A DNA stretch of 64,000 nucleotides, taken from Blasia pusilla (taxonomy: Eukaryota). Shown here one piece after another: positions 35,709 through 49,769 of this stretch. Both the position numbers and the translations under genes were made by a program. The notes under the pieces were generated by a model. The model made no database searches. It saw nothing but the letters and a program-made list of their open reading frames with translations, and had not been told where the DNA came from. The stretch lies in contig CM114271.1 in the NCBI GenBank assembly GCA_050084515.1, positions 27,466,001 to 27,530,000 on the forward strand, read 5' to 3'. Numbering within the stretch: the stretch's first letter is position 1; each line of letters begins with the position of its first letter.

Positions 35709-36391
35709 GGAGGAGGCCTCCCCAAGTGCGGGGCGGGGATGGGTAAGGGACGGCCGTGGCTCTGGCCGCCTCCCCACCTCGTCTGCCTCCGCCTTTGCAC
35801 CCGTTCGTCGCCGCGCCCGTCCTCTGCGACCTAAACCAAAATTTCCTGCACTCTAGCCTATACTCCTACCTTGGCCGTGTATGTACGTATGAGCTAGGCG
35901 GCTACGACCTAACCGCCTTACTTAACAGCCCCCCGGTGGTTGCAAGCCCTAACTCTCCTTCCTGGTTACTCCTGACATTCCGGCTATTACACGACGTTAC
36001 ATTTGCCGTCACAACTGCGCTACACCCTGTTGCTGTCCCCAATCAATCCGGAGGAGGCCTCCCCAAGTGCGGGGCGGGGATGGGTAAGGGACGGCCGTGG
36101 CTCTGGCCGCCTCCCTGCCTCATCTGCCTCCGCCTTTGCACCCGTTCGTCGCCGCGCCCGTCCTCTGCGACCTAAACCAAAATTTCCTGCACTCTAGCCT
36201 ATACTCCTACCTTGGCCGTGTATGTACGTATGAGCTAGGCGGCTACGACCTAACCGCCTTACTTAACAGCCCCCCGGTGGCTGCAAGCCCTAACTCTCCT
36301 TCCTGGTTACTCCTGACATTCCGGCTATTACACGATGTTACATTTGCCGTCACAACCTGCGCTACACCCTGCTGCTGTCCCCAATCAATCC
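35709..36391. repeat. Near-identical tandem duplication, 341-bp period, in the leader of copy 2
   Basis: 35709-36049 repeated at 36050-36391. Confidence 0.93.
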
Positions 36392-39300
36392 GTACCAGCA
36401 AAATCTGAGAAAAACGGACAGCGCTTCCGCCCACGGCCTTCCGAACACAAAAATGACCAACACTCGCAACACACGCGTCTCTAAGGGCTCCCGACCAAGG
36501 CAACTCGCTTGCCTACCTGCAAACAACGAATTCCCACCAGCCCCCTGACATCTTTCTCATGTAAAAATAAAGAGTAGTAAAAACAGCACACCCGGCCTAA
36601 AACTCCACTCCTCAGTCTACATCGGCATATCAAGCCTCGTCCACCCTGTGCTATCAAGGAATCCGGACGCTAGCACCCTTGTCCTATCTCACACACATAC
36701 AAGAGAGGTGCTCCAACGGCCCAACATGAGAAAGATGGCTTAGGAAAGCCATCTTCCTCTCTTATATAGGGTTGGGAAGAACCAAAAGGGTCTTCCCCTA
36801 AAAATAGCCCTCCCGTTGGTAACCTGCGCGCATAGGTTACCAAGGGTGGGTGACCTGGTCAACAAGTCACCCGGTTGTGAAAGACCTCAACAAGAAAGTT
36901 GTTAGAAACAATGTTCCTGACACAATGGACCTATCCTCAACCTCATCCGACACAGTGGAACAAAGTTACACTCAAGATAGTCCGCTGGCTTCTACGCCCT
37001 ATCCACGATAGATCTCAGCCTATCGGCTACCCAGATGTGACAGCTAGCATTTGTCTTAACTCCCGTGGTTTGGTTGTCTTCTCGCCCTGCACCTTTCTAT
37101 ACTCAGAAATATTAAATGGTGTGGTGGTGTACCTATGCTATGTACTAGGCACCGTTATGGAGGAGGATGTATAGAATGGAACCATAGGTTATGCATGCCC
37201 GTATCATGTCCATCCTCTCCACCTCTTTTCCATCCCCTCTCCACTTATTTTCCCCCTTCCTAATCCCTATTCCCTTGCATGTCCATGATCCCACTTTGTA
37301 CTCCTCTCTCCTTTATGTTTGTTAGGTGACTTCTTTCCTCTCCTATATGACCCTTCCTCATTGGTGATCCCTTTCTACATTCATTCTCTCTCCCCCTCTT
37401 CATGATCTTGTGGTCCTTTTCTCTCAATTCAATTTTCAATTTTTATTCATGGATTCCTCTCGCCTCCTTGACATAGACAATGGATGAGCATGAGAGGATG
37501 GAGCATGAGAGAGGGTCATCCCTTCATTCTCCTCCTTTCTTTTTTTTTCTATTGGATGATTCTCTTTTTTTTTTATAGTTGGAAAATAAAGATTATCATT
37601 ATATTGCTAGATGATGCAATCTATACATCTAGTATGGTTATTCTCGTGTGATGAAATGGGCCAAAGGAACCTTTTCAATCCTTTCGCATACGGCCCATCA
37701 CTTTACGGATAGGAAGGCCTCCCCCCACCTCCCTTAATGTTTTTTTGATGTATTTGATGATAAAAAAACTAATAAGAGAATAAAAACTACATCAAACATT
37801 TCATAGATATAATATAATTTTATAAGATTTATTTAAAACATTTTTCTTTTATTTCAAATATATTCATGGCACTCAAATATTTACTAAAAAATATCTTCAT
37901 AATTATCTTAGTCTTGACACTTTGAACCAATCAAATTGCTCACCTTTTGGACCAGTAAAATTCCTCAAAATTGATTTAATCATATTTAAGAATTATGAGA
38001 ATTAACTACAATAAATAATATAAACATAACTTATGCTTAATATAATAAGATCAACTTTAGTATTCCAAAATCTAGACGCATTCTCTAATAAAAATAAGAA
38101 TTTATATTATGATTGTGGGAGAGTGCTTTTTTTTATTTGGAGACACCTCTATTCCCAACATTAGACAACAAAAAAATATTTCAAAAAATTTAATTTTTTT
38201 ATAGTATATTAATATTTTCCCTTCATAAACTAATATTACTCTTCTAACACTTTTTTAATATAACTCTTCAAACACTTTTTTTTCGTGCATCTTACTATAA
38301 AATAAAAATACGTACCTCCTAAATAAACATCCCAACGATGTCGGTGACGTGAGAGAGAGGACTGGAGCATGAAACCAGTGGCACAGCATGGCGCTTTTAA
38401 CGGTGGTACTCTCGCTTCAGGCGAGCGAATGAAACCGATGACTTGCGCAAGGGGGAGACGAGGATTTGGGCTGTGAGACGGTCGAGTGGGACGAGAGCTT
38501 GCGGAGTCGACGGCCGTCGGTCAATGGAGGCCTGTGTGGCATATGCTCGAGCTCGGGGCGGGAAGAAAACTTTGAGAATCTTGGGTCGCCCACGTCAACG
38601 TGAGACTGCGAAGGCAGCTGAAGGAAATGTGTGCCGATCGTGATCTGGTTCGATTTGCTTTGACTCGTGGGGATTCTCGGGAGGTTTACCGCGTCAGCAG
38701 AGCGAACTCAGCGAACGATCGGCCATTTCGCCCTCGCAACTTCGGAAGGTTTACTCAAGGGAATCCGCGACTCGGGGGCAGGGAAGTTCTTGAACTCGAC
38801 TCTCGCCGGCGTTGAGGTCCGACCTCCTGTACGAGAGGGTGGCCGGGTTTGAGGGTTGATTCGATTTGCTTCGTGGGATCTCAGCGTGGGATTCGAAGGC
38901 ACCGATGTTGTCAGCTTTCGGCTGTGTGATCGCTTTGATTTGACTCACTGCGGTTCGGCGTAGAGAGGCAGACGACGTCAGCCTGCGAGAGAGCCCGCTC
39001 ATTGGACTCACGGGGAAGCGTTGCCGAGACGGATCCGAGGGCTGTGACAGGCATGTGAAACTGGTTTAGGCGGTGCTGAGTTGAATAATGTGCATAGTTG
39101 ACTCGTTCGAAAGGGAACGTGCTCTCTGAAGATGGAACTAGCCGATCGATGTCAGTGGATGGGGTGGAGTGGAGAGGCAGATCGTTAGTATGACTCTCCC
39201 TGGTAAGGGAACGGACGAAGCAGGCAGCGAGCAACTGGGGAATACGGTTCTGGCGACGTGCCAGAACTACAGGCATAAGCTAGTGCAGTGCAGTGCAGGT

Positions 39301-40822
39301 CATGGCCACGTAGGAGGACAGGGGCAGGCAAACTCCAATATCACTCGACAATCAACAATAAACTTTCACCACATATGATTCAACGGCTGCAGGTGGTTGC
39401 CGATGCGGGCGTTGCCCTGTACATTCGGACGACCGCACTGCGGGCCAATTCCCGCTTTAGAGGAAGGTAGAAAGTGCAGAAATCTCCCAAGTGAGACCTT
39501 CCCGCGGTGGGTGAGCTCATGAGAAAAACGCGTCACTTTGCAGGTTGAGAAGAGTCTAGGTCATTCATCTCACTGGCTCAGATCGCTTCCATAGCGATTG
39601 CGACAGATCCACGGTCCGTAGGAAAGAGGCAATAACGTAGCGATGAAGCGGCAGCCCGTTCAGCGTCCCCGGGCCGCTCTAGCAATCGGGAGGGTGAGCT
39701 GAGAGACGATAGGAGTGCGGCGCAGATTACCACTACTCATGAATCTGCCACCTTGGGCGATGGGTTCTTTCGTTCTTTCACCTCCTCAAAAGTTAAGTTG
39801 CTCCTGTGGAGTCTGACAGACGCAGCAATTATGGCACAAACGATTACCGTTTCAACTCATGTGGATCTTCAGGGCGAATCAAGAGAACGCGGTCTCTTTA
39901 AATCCGTTACCGTCAGACTTCCCGCTTGTTTCAGAGGGCAGAGCGAATGTGGCCATGCGGTAGGGAGAACCCAGTAAAGCAGATCAATCATGCTACTGCC
40001 TTGCGGAAAGTTTAAAAGATATATTAAACAATCGGCGGATGCATATGGACAGCTGACCTAATTTCCTCGGAATCCTGCAGATGTGCCCGATGCTCCACAG
40101 CTACCCATAAACACGAGAATGGACCGTTACAAAAGATAGCAGAGTTAAGGGACCTCCATCATCGCCTCTACTCGCGCGAAAACCATTTCGAACTCACCAA
40201 TGCGGACGAGGCAGCAAAACGCATCCCTGGACTGTACTTGGAATTGAATGCTCGGTGGAACAGAAGCATACTACGAGGAGAAACATGGGAAACATGTACC
40301 GGGAGCGAGGAGCAGAGAAAAGAAAAGATCCTGGCATGTAATGGACGGTGCCAAGTGAACAAACATTCAGAATCTGTTCTCGCTTGGGCTACTGCAGCTG
40401 CTACAGAGGCAGGGCACCCGCAGAGCCAGAGAGTCGGGTCAATTCACAAGCTTCAGACTCTATTCACCGACAGGAAGAGGTACACGATACATACAGGAAA
40501 ACTGACCAGTCCGACGGAACCGTAGAGGCAAAAGCATGAGCGCATCCTAACAGCCTCACCCTAGCCGTCAGTCTGTCTAAACATTGCTGACGAACGAGCG
40601 AGCGAGCGTGTAGTGTTTCTTACAACTAAAGCAAACAACCTGAAAGCAGAGCACCTACAAGAAAGAGTGGGCCAGGTTCTAATCCGGAGGCTCCAAGAAC
40701 TGCCCTAGATAGACGATCTCTCGATTACATTCATCGCTTATTCATGTCTGAAAGCATTAGGTAGAAACCTCGAATTGTCCTGCTCGTTTGGCGATTACAC
40801 TTTGCCACCTCAGGATTTACAA

Positions 40823-41464
40823 CTAATGGCAGGCGGAATCGTATGGTGCTCCCAAGAGCTCCGGCCCATTAAGACCCGGGTTGTTCTCGAAGCTCTTGAG
40901 CGAGAAGCGAGAGAATGAGCCTGTCGTAGGGATGGTTCCGCAGAAATTGTTGTCGGAGAAATCCACGACCTTCAAGTTTGGAAGAGCAGTAAGCTCGTTG
41001 GGAATACGGCCTCGCAATTGATTGTTGTTAACACGGAAGAAGACGAGCGACTTCAGCTTCCCGAGCGACGAAGGAATCTCACCGGTGAAATTGTTGTAGT
41101 ACAAATCCAAGCTCACGAGGTTTTCAAGCTCCCCGAGCTCCTTGGGAATACTGCCCTCCAACTTGTTCTTGGAGAGCTCCAAGTACTGCAAGCTGCGCAA
41201 GCTCCCCAGCTCGGGCACCAGCGACCCCGAAAGCCCTGCATTTCCCAAATCCACGCGCACCACCTCATTCTCACGGTTGCAAGTCACATGAAACCAAGTG
41301 CAAGCGTTCACCAAAGTCGGATCCCAGCTCTGCAGCACATTCTCCGGGTCCTTCAAATTCCTCCGCAAAGCGAAGAGCGCATCCCCTTGATAATCGGCGA
41401 CGATGTAGGGCATCCCTGCCACCATCAGCAACCCCACCAGGCTCACCACCCACGGTGCCATCAT
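40823..41464 (-). CDS. Secreted leucine-rich-repeat protein (SERK-ectodomain-like, LRR1 type), 213 aa, no TM or kinase domain
   Basis: Hydrophobic signal peptide, [42 protein letters not shown], plant LRRs LxxLxLxxNxLxGxIP, ending [11 protein letters not shown]; uninterrupted ORF in a GC-rich island. Confidence 0.92.
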   Translation of the reverse strand: MMAPWVVSLVGLLMVAGMPYIVADYQGDALFALRRNLKDPENVLQSWDPTLVNACTWFHVTCNRENEVVRVDLGNAGLSGSLVPELGSLRSLQYLELSKNKLEGSIPKELGELENLVSLDLYYNNFTGEIPSSLGKLKSLVFFRVNNNQLRGRIPNELTALPNLKVVDFSDNNFCGTIPTTGSFSRFSLKSFENNPGLNGPELLGAPYDSACH

Positions 41465-44400
41465 CTACGCCCGACCTGTCTACGCCTCCTCCTTCTCTGT
41501 CGACAACAACAAACTTCTCTTCCTCCTCTCCTCTCCTCTTCTCGCACCCTTCCTCGTGCGATCTTTCACTGCCCTAGAATTCGCTCCACGCTACCCTAAC
41601 CCGACAACACTCCTACTCCAACACCGACTCTGCCCTCCTGTGCTCCGCCCGCTCCCCTCCCCTCCGGCTCCGCAACACAACTCGTCACCGCACTCTTCGT
41701 CGATGTTCCAATTGCCCCCACGCTTTGCGGACGACGCTGCGAGTGATCCTCTTGTCTGTGTGTCCGTCTGTACGTCTGTCTCTGTCTGTCTGTCTGTCTC
41801 GCGGCCTGTCTCTGTCTGTCATTCTGTCTGCGTGTCTGTCCCGGACTGGCAAGCGAACTCACAGAAGCTACCGTACCCAGGGTCCGGGGAGTTTCGTCGT
41901 GACAACCGGTACATTTCCGGTCTCTACAAACCCGAGCGGCAATTTTCGACGTTTTCTTCATTCCAGCCGGCTAAACAGGTACGAATACAAAGGACACCCT
42001 CCCTCCCTGAACCTTCGGTTTTTGGCCGGTAAGTGACGACCTTAATCGGAAATTCTCAGATTCTTCCGGCCAGCTCAACACGTAACCCCGGTTCTCCCCG
42101 GACATTGACCGTACCTACCGCTCCACTCCGTCCTTAATGCTCTTTATAGTACTATCCTGCTCGCAGGCGTTCCATGTGATCTCATTCTCTCTCGTCCCTC
42201 GTGCAGCGAGGGAATTGAAGGATCGTGAGTCTTGACAAACCGGCGAATCACCGGTCACCGGTGCGCTTCACCATGGACGGAGATTCGACCAGACTCCGTC
42301 CCCACGCCGGGGCCCACGGAACTTCCCCTCGGAAGGACTTTAAGGACCTTCACCGTCGACAGTCCGTCGGATCGCCAGATTCACGACTCCGACTTCCACG
42401 CCCCGTCTGGAGGAACGGACGCGCTAACCACATACGAACCCCGTTCCTCCGTCTGGAGGAACGGAGTTCGTAGGTGGTTAGCTTTCTCCCGTCCACGACC
42501 CAACAGCGTCCAAACGGAATCATGAGGATTTACATATAATAAACTACACTTTCTGAAGAAAACGCACGGCTTTAAGAGATACTCAACGTAAAGTGTGGGA
42601 ACTCAAATATGACATCCATCGGGCTTCGTAGATGACATCGCCATGGCAAACTTTAGGCGTCCGCCCTCCAAGACAGACTCATTTGGAGGGCCCACTACTA
42701 GAGAAAAGGCTAAAATGAAGTGGTCTCCGTGACCATGGGACGCGTGACAATGGAGTGGAAGGGGTGGAGAGACCCACTTGAGATCATCCACATTCACCGC
42801 ATTAATTCTTAGAATTGATTGTAGGACAGCGTCGGGGCATTACATATGTCATAATGGGAATAATAACAATTATTTACTTACAAGGAGGGAAAGGCGGTGA
42901 CACCTGATCAATTTAAATTTCATGTTGAATTTTAATTATTAATTTAATAGTTGTTAGTAGTATGTTATGGGGAGGGATTAGAAGAGTTCTTTCATGATGA
43001 CGTAAATTATGTCTATATCTTTAATGGAATAATAAGTCAAAGTAACATCATGCTTGAATTTGTCCTTTCATTCAAGTTAGATGGTTAATATGATATTGAT
43101 AGAAAAAATAAAGTTGAGTAGAAGGGAAAATATTTTTATAAATTCATGATTAGTCATTTAATTAATATATATTATAATGGGTTATATTTAGTGTAAAATG
43201 AGGCAAAATATTGAGATAATCTTTAATAAGAAAAAAATAAATTTTTTTCTTTTAATTCATATTTGATAGGAAGGGAAATTGAATTTTAATGGAGAAAGAG
43301 TAGATATTATTCAAATTTTATAGAATGATGGAATTATTTAGGGGAGTGAGGTATTGTTTAAATTTTAATTAAAGATTGGAATTACTTAAAAGAGTGGAAT
43401 GTTATTACTCTTCTAAGATTTAATAAAAATTTAATAAATATATTTGAAATTTAAATTTTGAAATAAAATTTATGATTATTAGTTAAAATAATCATGTTAA
43501 TTCATATTTGATTTTTTAGGATAGGAAAATGAATTTCAATGGAAAAAGAAAATAATTAGGTAAATTAAAACTAACGACTAATTTATTCAGCGGATGTTAT
43601 TTTGGTGGGAAAAGTAGAAGGGGAAGAGTGTGTCTTTTTTAAACTTTTGTGGAGGAATGAAATTATTTAGGGAGTTGAGTACTATTTAAATTTTAACTCA
43701 AGAATCTAATTATTTAAAAGTGAAATATTCTTAATGTTTCAAGATCTAAGAAATTGAAATTTAAACTTAAATTTTGCGATGAAAAAATTTCTAAATTATT
43801 AAAAAATCATTTTTTGCGCAAGCATGGGCATGCTAATTCGTAGGTGTTAAAAACATACCAATAATGGAGTCCCATTCTTCATTGGGAAATTCATGCATCC
43901 CATCTGTTAAATGTTTCATTCATACTTGAATTTGTTTTAATATTAGAAGCAAATTCTTATACGGCTCTCTTTTCAAGAGTGTTGTCTCTTTATCACCTCT
44001 CTTGGAACCAAGGTTTGGACATAATATTCATTCTTTGTAATAACAATTGGTTTGAAAATGTCTTCTACTAATCTAGATACAATACTTGCGGAAGGCCATC
44101 CTCTCACAGAAATTATAATTCATCAACTGGCTTGGGCCCCACTGAACAAATTACGCATCCAACCCTACCTCCCAAATCAGAGATAAGGATAAACAGATAG
44201 CAATGAATAATCCCCAAAGAAAGAAAATGTAGTAAACGTCTCTTTACTTGCATCTGAGAATGCAACACTAAAGCGATTTCCTACATTTAGCTATCGTTGA
44301 TTGTTGGCGGGGTTTATTAAATGAGAAATTAGTATATCCTACTTACCAAATGCCTATACATATGTACAATGAAAAGGAATTCCCAAAAAATGATATTTTA

Positions 44401-46614
44401 TATCTATGTTATTATGGGGGGAACAATTCCTACATGGCGGAAGCCAAATTAGTGACACGTGTCAAATTTGAAGTTTTTTCTTTTGACATATGTTATTTTC
44501 AAAATGTTCATATTCTTTTTAGTCTAGATTTGGGCACGACTCCACTTAAATTCTTTTCCCCACCGTGCAACAGCTGAATAAGCAAGTTTAGGAAGGTGTG
44601 ATTATTACTCAAGTCATGAGTGCTAATTATTTTTCAAATTCGAATTGGATCATGTATGACACGTTTCATTACTTCCTAAAAATACTTTTGGTCACGATTA
44701 ATTGGGGTCATTAGAGATTGGTAAGAGAGTGCCCTTAAACCTCACTTATTAAACAGGGACTGTGTATGGCACACTCTCTTATGGGTCCTTACTAGTATCT
44801 ACATATTGCAAGACAAAATGCCAAAAAGCCCTACATATTTCCTAAGGTTAAAATAGTGAGTCCAAGAAGTGGTTTTTTGCACTTGCAAAGTAGAAGTTTT
44901 GGCCTTGCAAAGGCCTCATCAAGTAGTGATTTTTTTTGCTCGCAAAAAATAAATTTCTCTTTTTTTGCTTAATTTGGATTCATTTTGGGTATGTAAAACA
45001 TATTTCAAGGGGGATTTGATTTGTTTTTTTAGGGATGTCTTTGCTTTTTTTCCCAAATGAAAAATGGGATTACCCACAATCCAAACGTAGTTAGTAACCC
45101 TAGGACCCACGTTTGATGTAACACATTGTAATATGCCTAATTTAGTGTTTGAATCCTTTAGTATTCAACTATTTTCCAAAAGGTGGAACTTTTGTCTTCA
45201 AAAGTGGTGAAAGAATAAATAGAGTACAATTATACACTTTAAAGGCTAAATATCAATATTGATAATAATTTTCTCTTCAAAATCTCTATGATCCTAGAGG
45301 AAAATTTCTCTTCGAGATGTTTTCTTAAGTGAGAGTTAAAGATGCCAGTACTGAGAAGTAAAATAAATGGAAGGTAAATGAGGCCCAAGTACAGCCAATG
45401 AAGAAAGGATGACTTTTCTTGCTTTTGGAACTCAAGCAGTCAACGCAAGTTACTTTATGTCACACAAATTTCTCCCATTTATGCATTCAACATTTCCAAA
45501 TTGATATCTTCTTTCCTCTATCTAATCAATAAATGTCCCTAATCAAATATTTAAGGATACCACCATTCACTGAGTTGATTGGGATGATATCTTCTTTTTT
45601 TTCATCAAAGACATAAGAGAAGTATGACAAATACAATGCATGCAAGTTTATCTCCTTGCAGGTCTAGAATCATCTCATATCATGAATGTAGTTTAATGAA
45701 TGCTCCCCGTCTTTATTTTTCTCCTCTCTATTTGTACTTATCTCTCCAAGGCTAGTATGAAGATTCAAAACACCTTTACAGAAGAGTCACATGCAAAGAT
45801 TTTGGGCAAACTAACTGCATTTATGGTTTTCCAACTTGGAGCTTATCAATCCCAAAGTATTTGTGAAGTAATTGTTACATCATCACATGACATCCCAAGA
45901 TTCATGTGGTTTCCATCTTTGAATTACGTGAGTCATGTGTGTTCATTATCAAAGTCTTCGCACCTTTTTGCTATGTCACCATATTTAGAATCCACGTACT
46001 AACTCTTCTTGAAGCTTAGTTCAATCCCCATCATTCTTCTTTACACATAACTTGCGTTGTTTTTTGTTGATTTGTCTTTGCTAAAGAGCTCTAGGTCTCA
46101 TGGGCTTCGCAAAGACCAATAGAGTCTTTGCTCCTTACTCCAATGTATTACTTTTATGATCTTCATTTACTTAACAAAGACCATATGTTAAAAACATCCT
46201 TCCCTCTTTATTTCTTCTTTGACTGTGAATTGATATTTACAAGAAGACTTTATCTTTGCTTCCTTCCTACCCTAAGCACCTTTTCTTTCTCAAAAGAATC
46301 TTCATATTTACACTTTTCACATTAAAAACAATCATTTTTTAAATATGTTTGCCTCACATTTGACTAGATATCCCTCAAGATGGCTTGGTGGAATCTTCTT
46401 GCAGATTATGCAACTCTAGACTCCCCAAATGCATCTTGGATCTTGGACCTTCATTTTGTATGTCTTATGGTCATAGTTTGTATTCACTTCTATTGTTTGG
46501 CGTCTCGTGTTTCGTGACTAGTCTCATGGTGTCTCACCCTTCTTGAGTACTATTGTATTCTTTGCTACTCATCCTTGACTTGGAGCTTGGATCAAGGGTC
46601 TCACACCTTACTTG

Positions 46615-46910
46615 CATGGTTGGACAAAAATGGACATGGATGAACAAGTTTAGACTGTCCACGGACATGAATTGCAAAAGTGGGGCCCACACTTATAATT
46701 TATGATGGAAGGAAGGACAAGAACGGGCGGGGTAATAAGGGGTAGGGAGTGGAGGTAGGAGGAGGAAAAAACAAGAAAGTGCATATCACAAAGGCAAGGG
46801 AGAATGAGAAAGAAGGGGGAGATGGCTCAAATGGGCCCCATGTGAACAAGTCCTTCTAGGTGGGACAGACGTAAGTCCACAAACACGAACTTTGTCCATA
46901 TGCAACCTTG
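46615..46910 (-). mobile_element. hAT-type MITE
   Basis: CATGGTTGGA...TGCAACCTTG termini; 8-bp TSD cttacttg/cttacttt. Confidence 0.8.
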
Positions 46911-47673
46911 CTTACTTTCCTTTCCCTTATCCATATGAATACGCCCTTTCCCACCTAAGGCTAGTCTTAGGCGCGTACCTATCACGACTAGAATTAGTCA
47001 CGTAACCAATTTTTCCACCCTTCCTAGTTTTACAACTAGCTAGTCTAGGTTCTGATATTGGTGGATCACACTAAGGTCTATCCTCTTAGGATCTAAGATC
47101 ATTACTCGCTTCTCAGGTCCTCGCTAGCATGAGCACCATAGACTTAGATATTCACAATGTCTTTTTGATAAAATTAACGCAGCTTTATCATCACAAGTCA
47201 CCACTTGAAATTACTGCCTTGGATTGGAGATAACACACATTTTCAAGTACTATGTCCTTTCATCTCCATCATAAGCTCGCCTCAAAAACTCTTAGAGTAG
47301 AAGGTGTTCCCATCACCATGATAATGATGTGCACGTGATCCAACACTTGCCACATCTAAAAACAATGTTGGTCCCAAAAAGATCTCACTTAATGCATACT
47401 CATTATAACTCATGCATGAGTGTTTACCCAAAAAAACATATTCTCAAAAATTTACATTGGAAAATTAAACCCTTGCCCAAAATTATAGATGACTCACCAA
47501 AAAAATAATTATAATTGAATTATAATTTAGTTGAAAGAAAATATTTATTGCACTAAAATCATTTATTATCTCAAATTTGGAAGTAGTTACAAGTTGGTGA
47601 GCGCTCTATTTGTAGAGTTGCAAGTTAACTATAATTTATCTGTATTTTCTTTCTCAACTTACTTGGAGGTTGC

Positions 47674-48001
47674 TTGGTTGCACAAAAATGGACAAGTCCG
47701 TCCTTGGGACCAAGGTTGTATGTGGAGAAATTCCATGCCCGTGGACTTACATTCGTCTTATGGAAGGACTTGTCCATATGGACCTCACCTTCCTCTTCTT
47801 TCTCATTCTCCCCACTTGCCTTGATGTTCCATACTCTCTCGCTTCTTCCTCCCTACACCTTCACTCCCTTCCCCCTTATTGCCCCACTTGCCCTTTCCTA
47901 ATCTTCCATCATGAATTATAAATATGGGTCCCACCTCTTGCAATCTATGTCCACCGACATGTTCAATTTTGTTTGTCCATGTACGTTTTTGAGCAACCAT
48001 G
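47674..48001 (+). mobile_element. hAT-type MITE (same family)
   Basis: Similar to 53235-53542; ends gcaaccatg; abuts an inverted copy. Confidence 0.65.
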
Positions 48002-48508
48002 CATGGGATGGACAAGTCTGGACATGTCTATGAACATGGATTGCAAGAGATAAGGCCCACACTTTATAGTTTATGTCACATCTGTAAGGATAGGTTGACA
48101 AGATCTAGTAGATCGCCTTTGAGGATAGTGGAGGAAAACCTCATGAGGTCGAGGATGACCAGTTGAGGCTACAGATAACTTGAGAGAGCAAGTTTCCCTT
48201 TGGTTCCAACTCATTTACAGCCATATAGATAAACTTACTATTTTGGGTAAGCTATCATTTTGAATATAGTTGATTTTCCACTTTGGGAAGTGGCCCTTGG
48301 ACTCCAACATCAGGTCAAGATCCAAAGAGGTGACCGGCGAGCATATGTTATCATGTAGAGAGTTTGGTAGAAGGAATGGGATACACCCAAGGAGAGAGAG
48401 CTTTGGTGCTCATTCTCTCTTTGTTGAACCTCTAGTCATGAGGCGACGAGCTATGGTTCTCCTTGCCTTTTGTGTGTAATCCATGCATCGTTAGGAGAGT
48501 GGGTTTGG

Positions 48509-48624
<116 letters not shown>

Positions 48625-48629
48625 TGTAT

Positions 48630-49769
<1,140 letters not shown>

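Larger units (their letters stand above)
27233..37042 (-). mobile_element. Ty3/Gypsy retrotransposon copy 2 (gag-PR-DNMT-RT-RH-IN-PHD), different subfamily
   Basis: B repeats 27233-27552 and ~36563-37042 ending GTGACA; A-like segment 27555-27690 between B and the PPT; same domain order as copy 1; left end rearranged, so no TSD seen. Confidence 0.9.

Noticed and set aside
38443-40539. Short ORFs downstream of the LRR gene as a kinase exon or second gene
   Set aside because: No kinase or other recognisable motifs; more likely UTR, intron or non-coding sequence.
42900-43845. Possible Helitron remnant (AT-rich tract ending in an agcatg-gg-catgct hairpin and cgtag)
   Set aside because: The hairpin is very short, CTRR is imperfect, and there is no defined 5' end or second copy.
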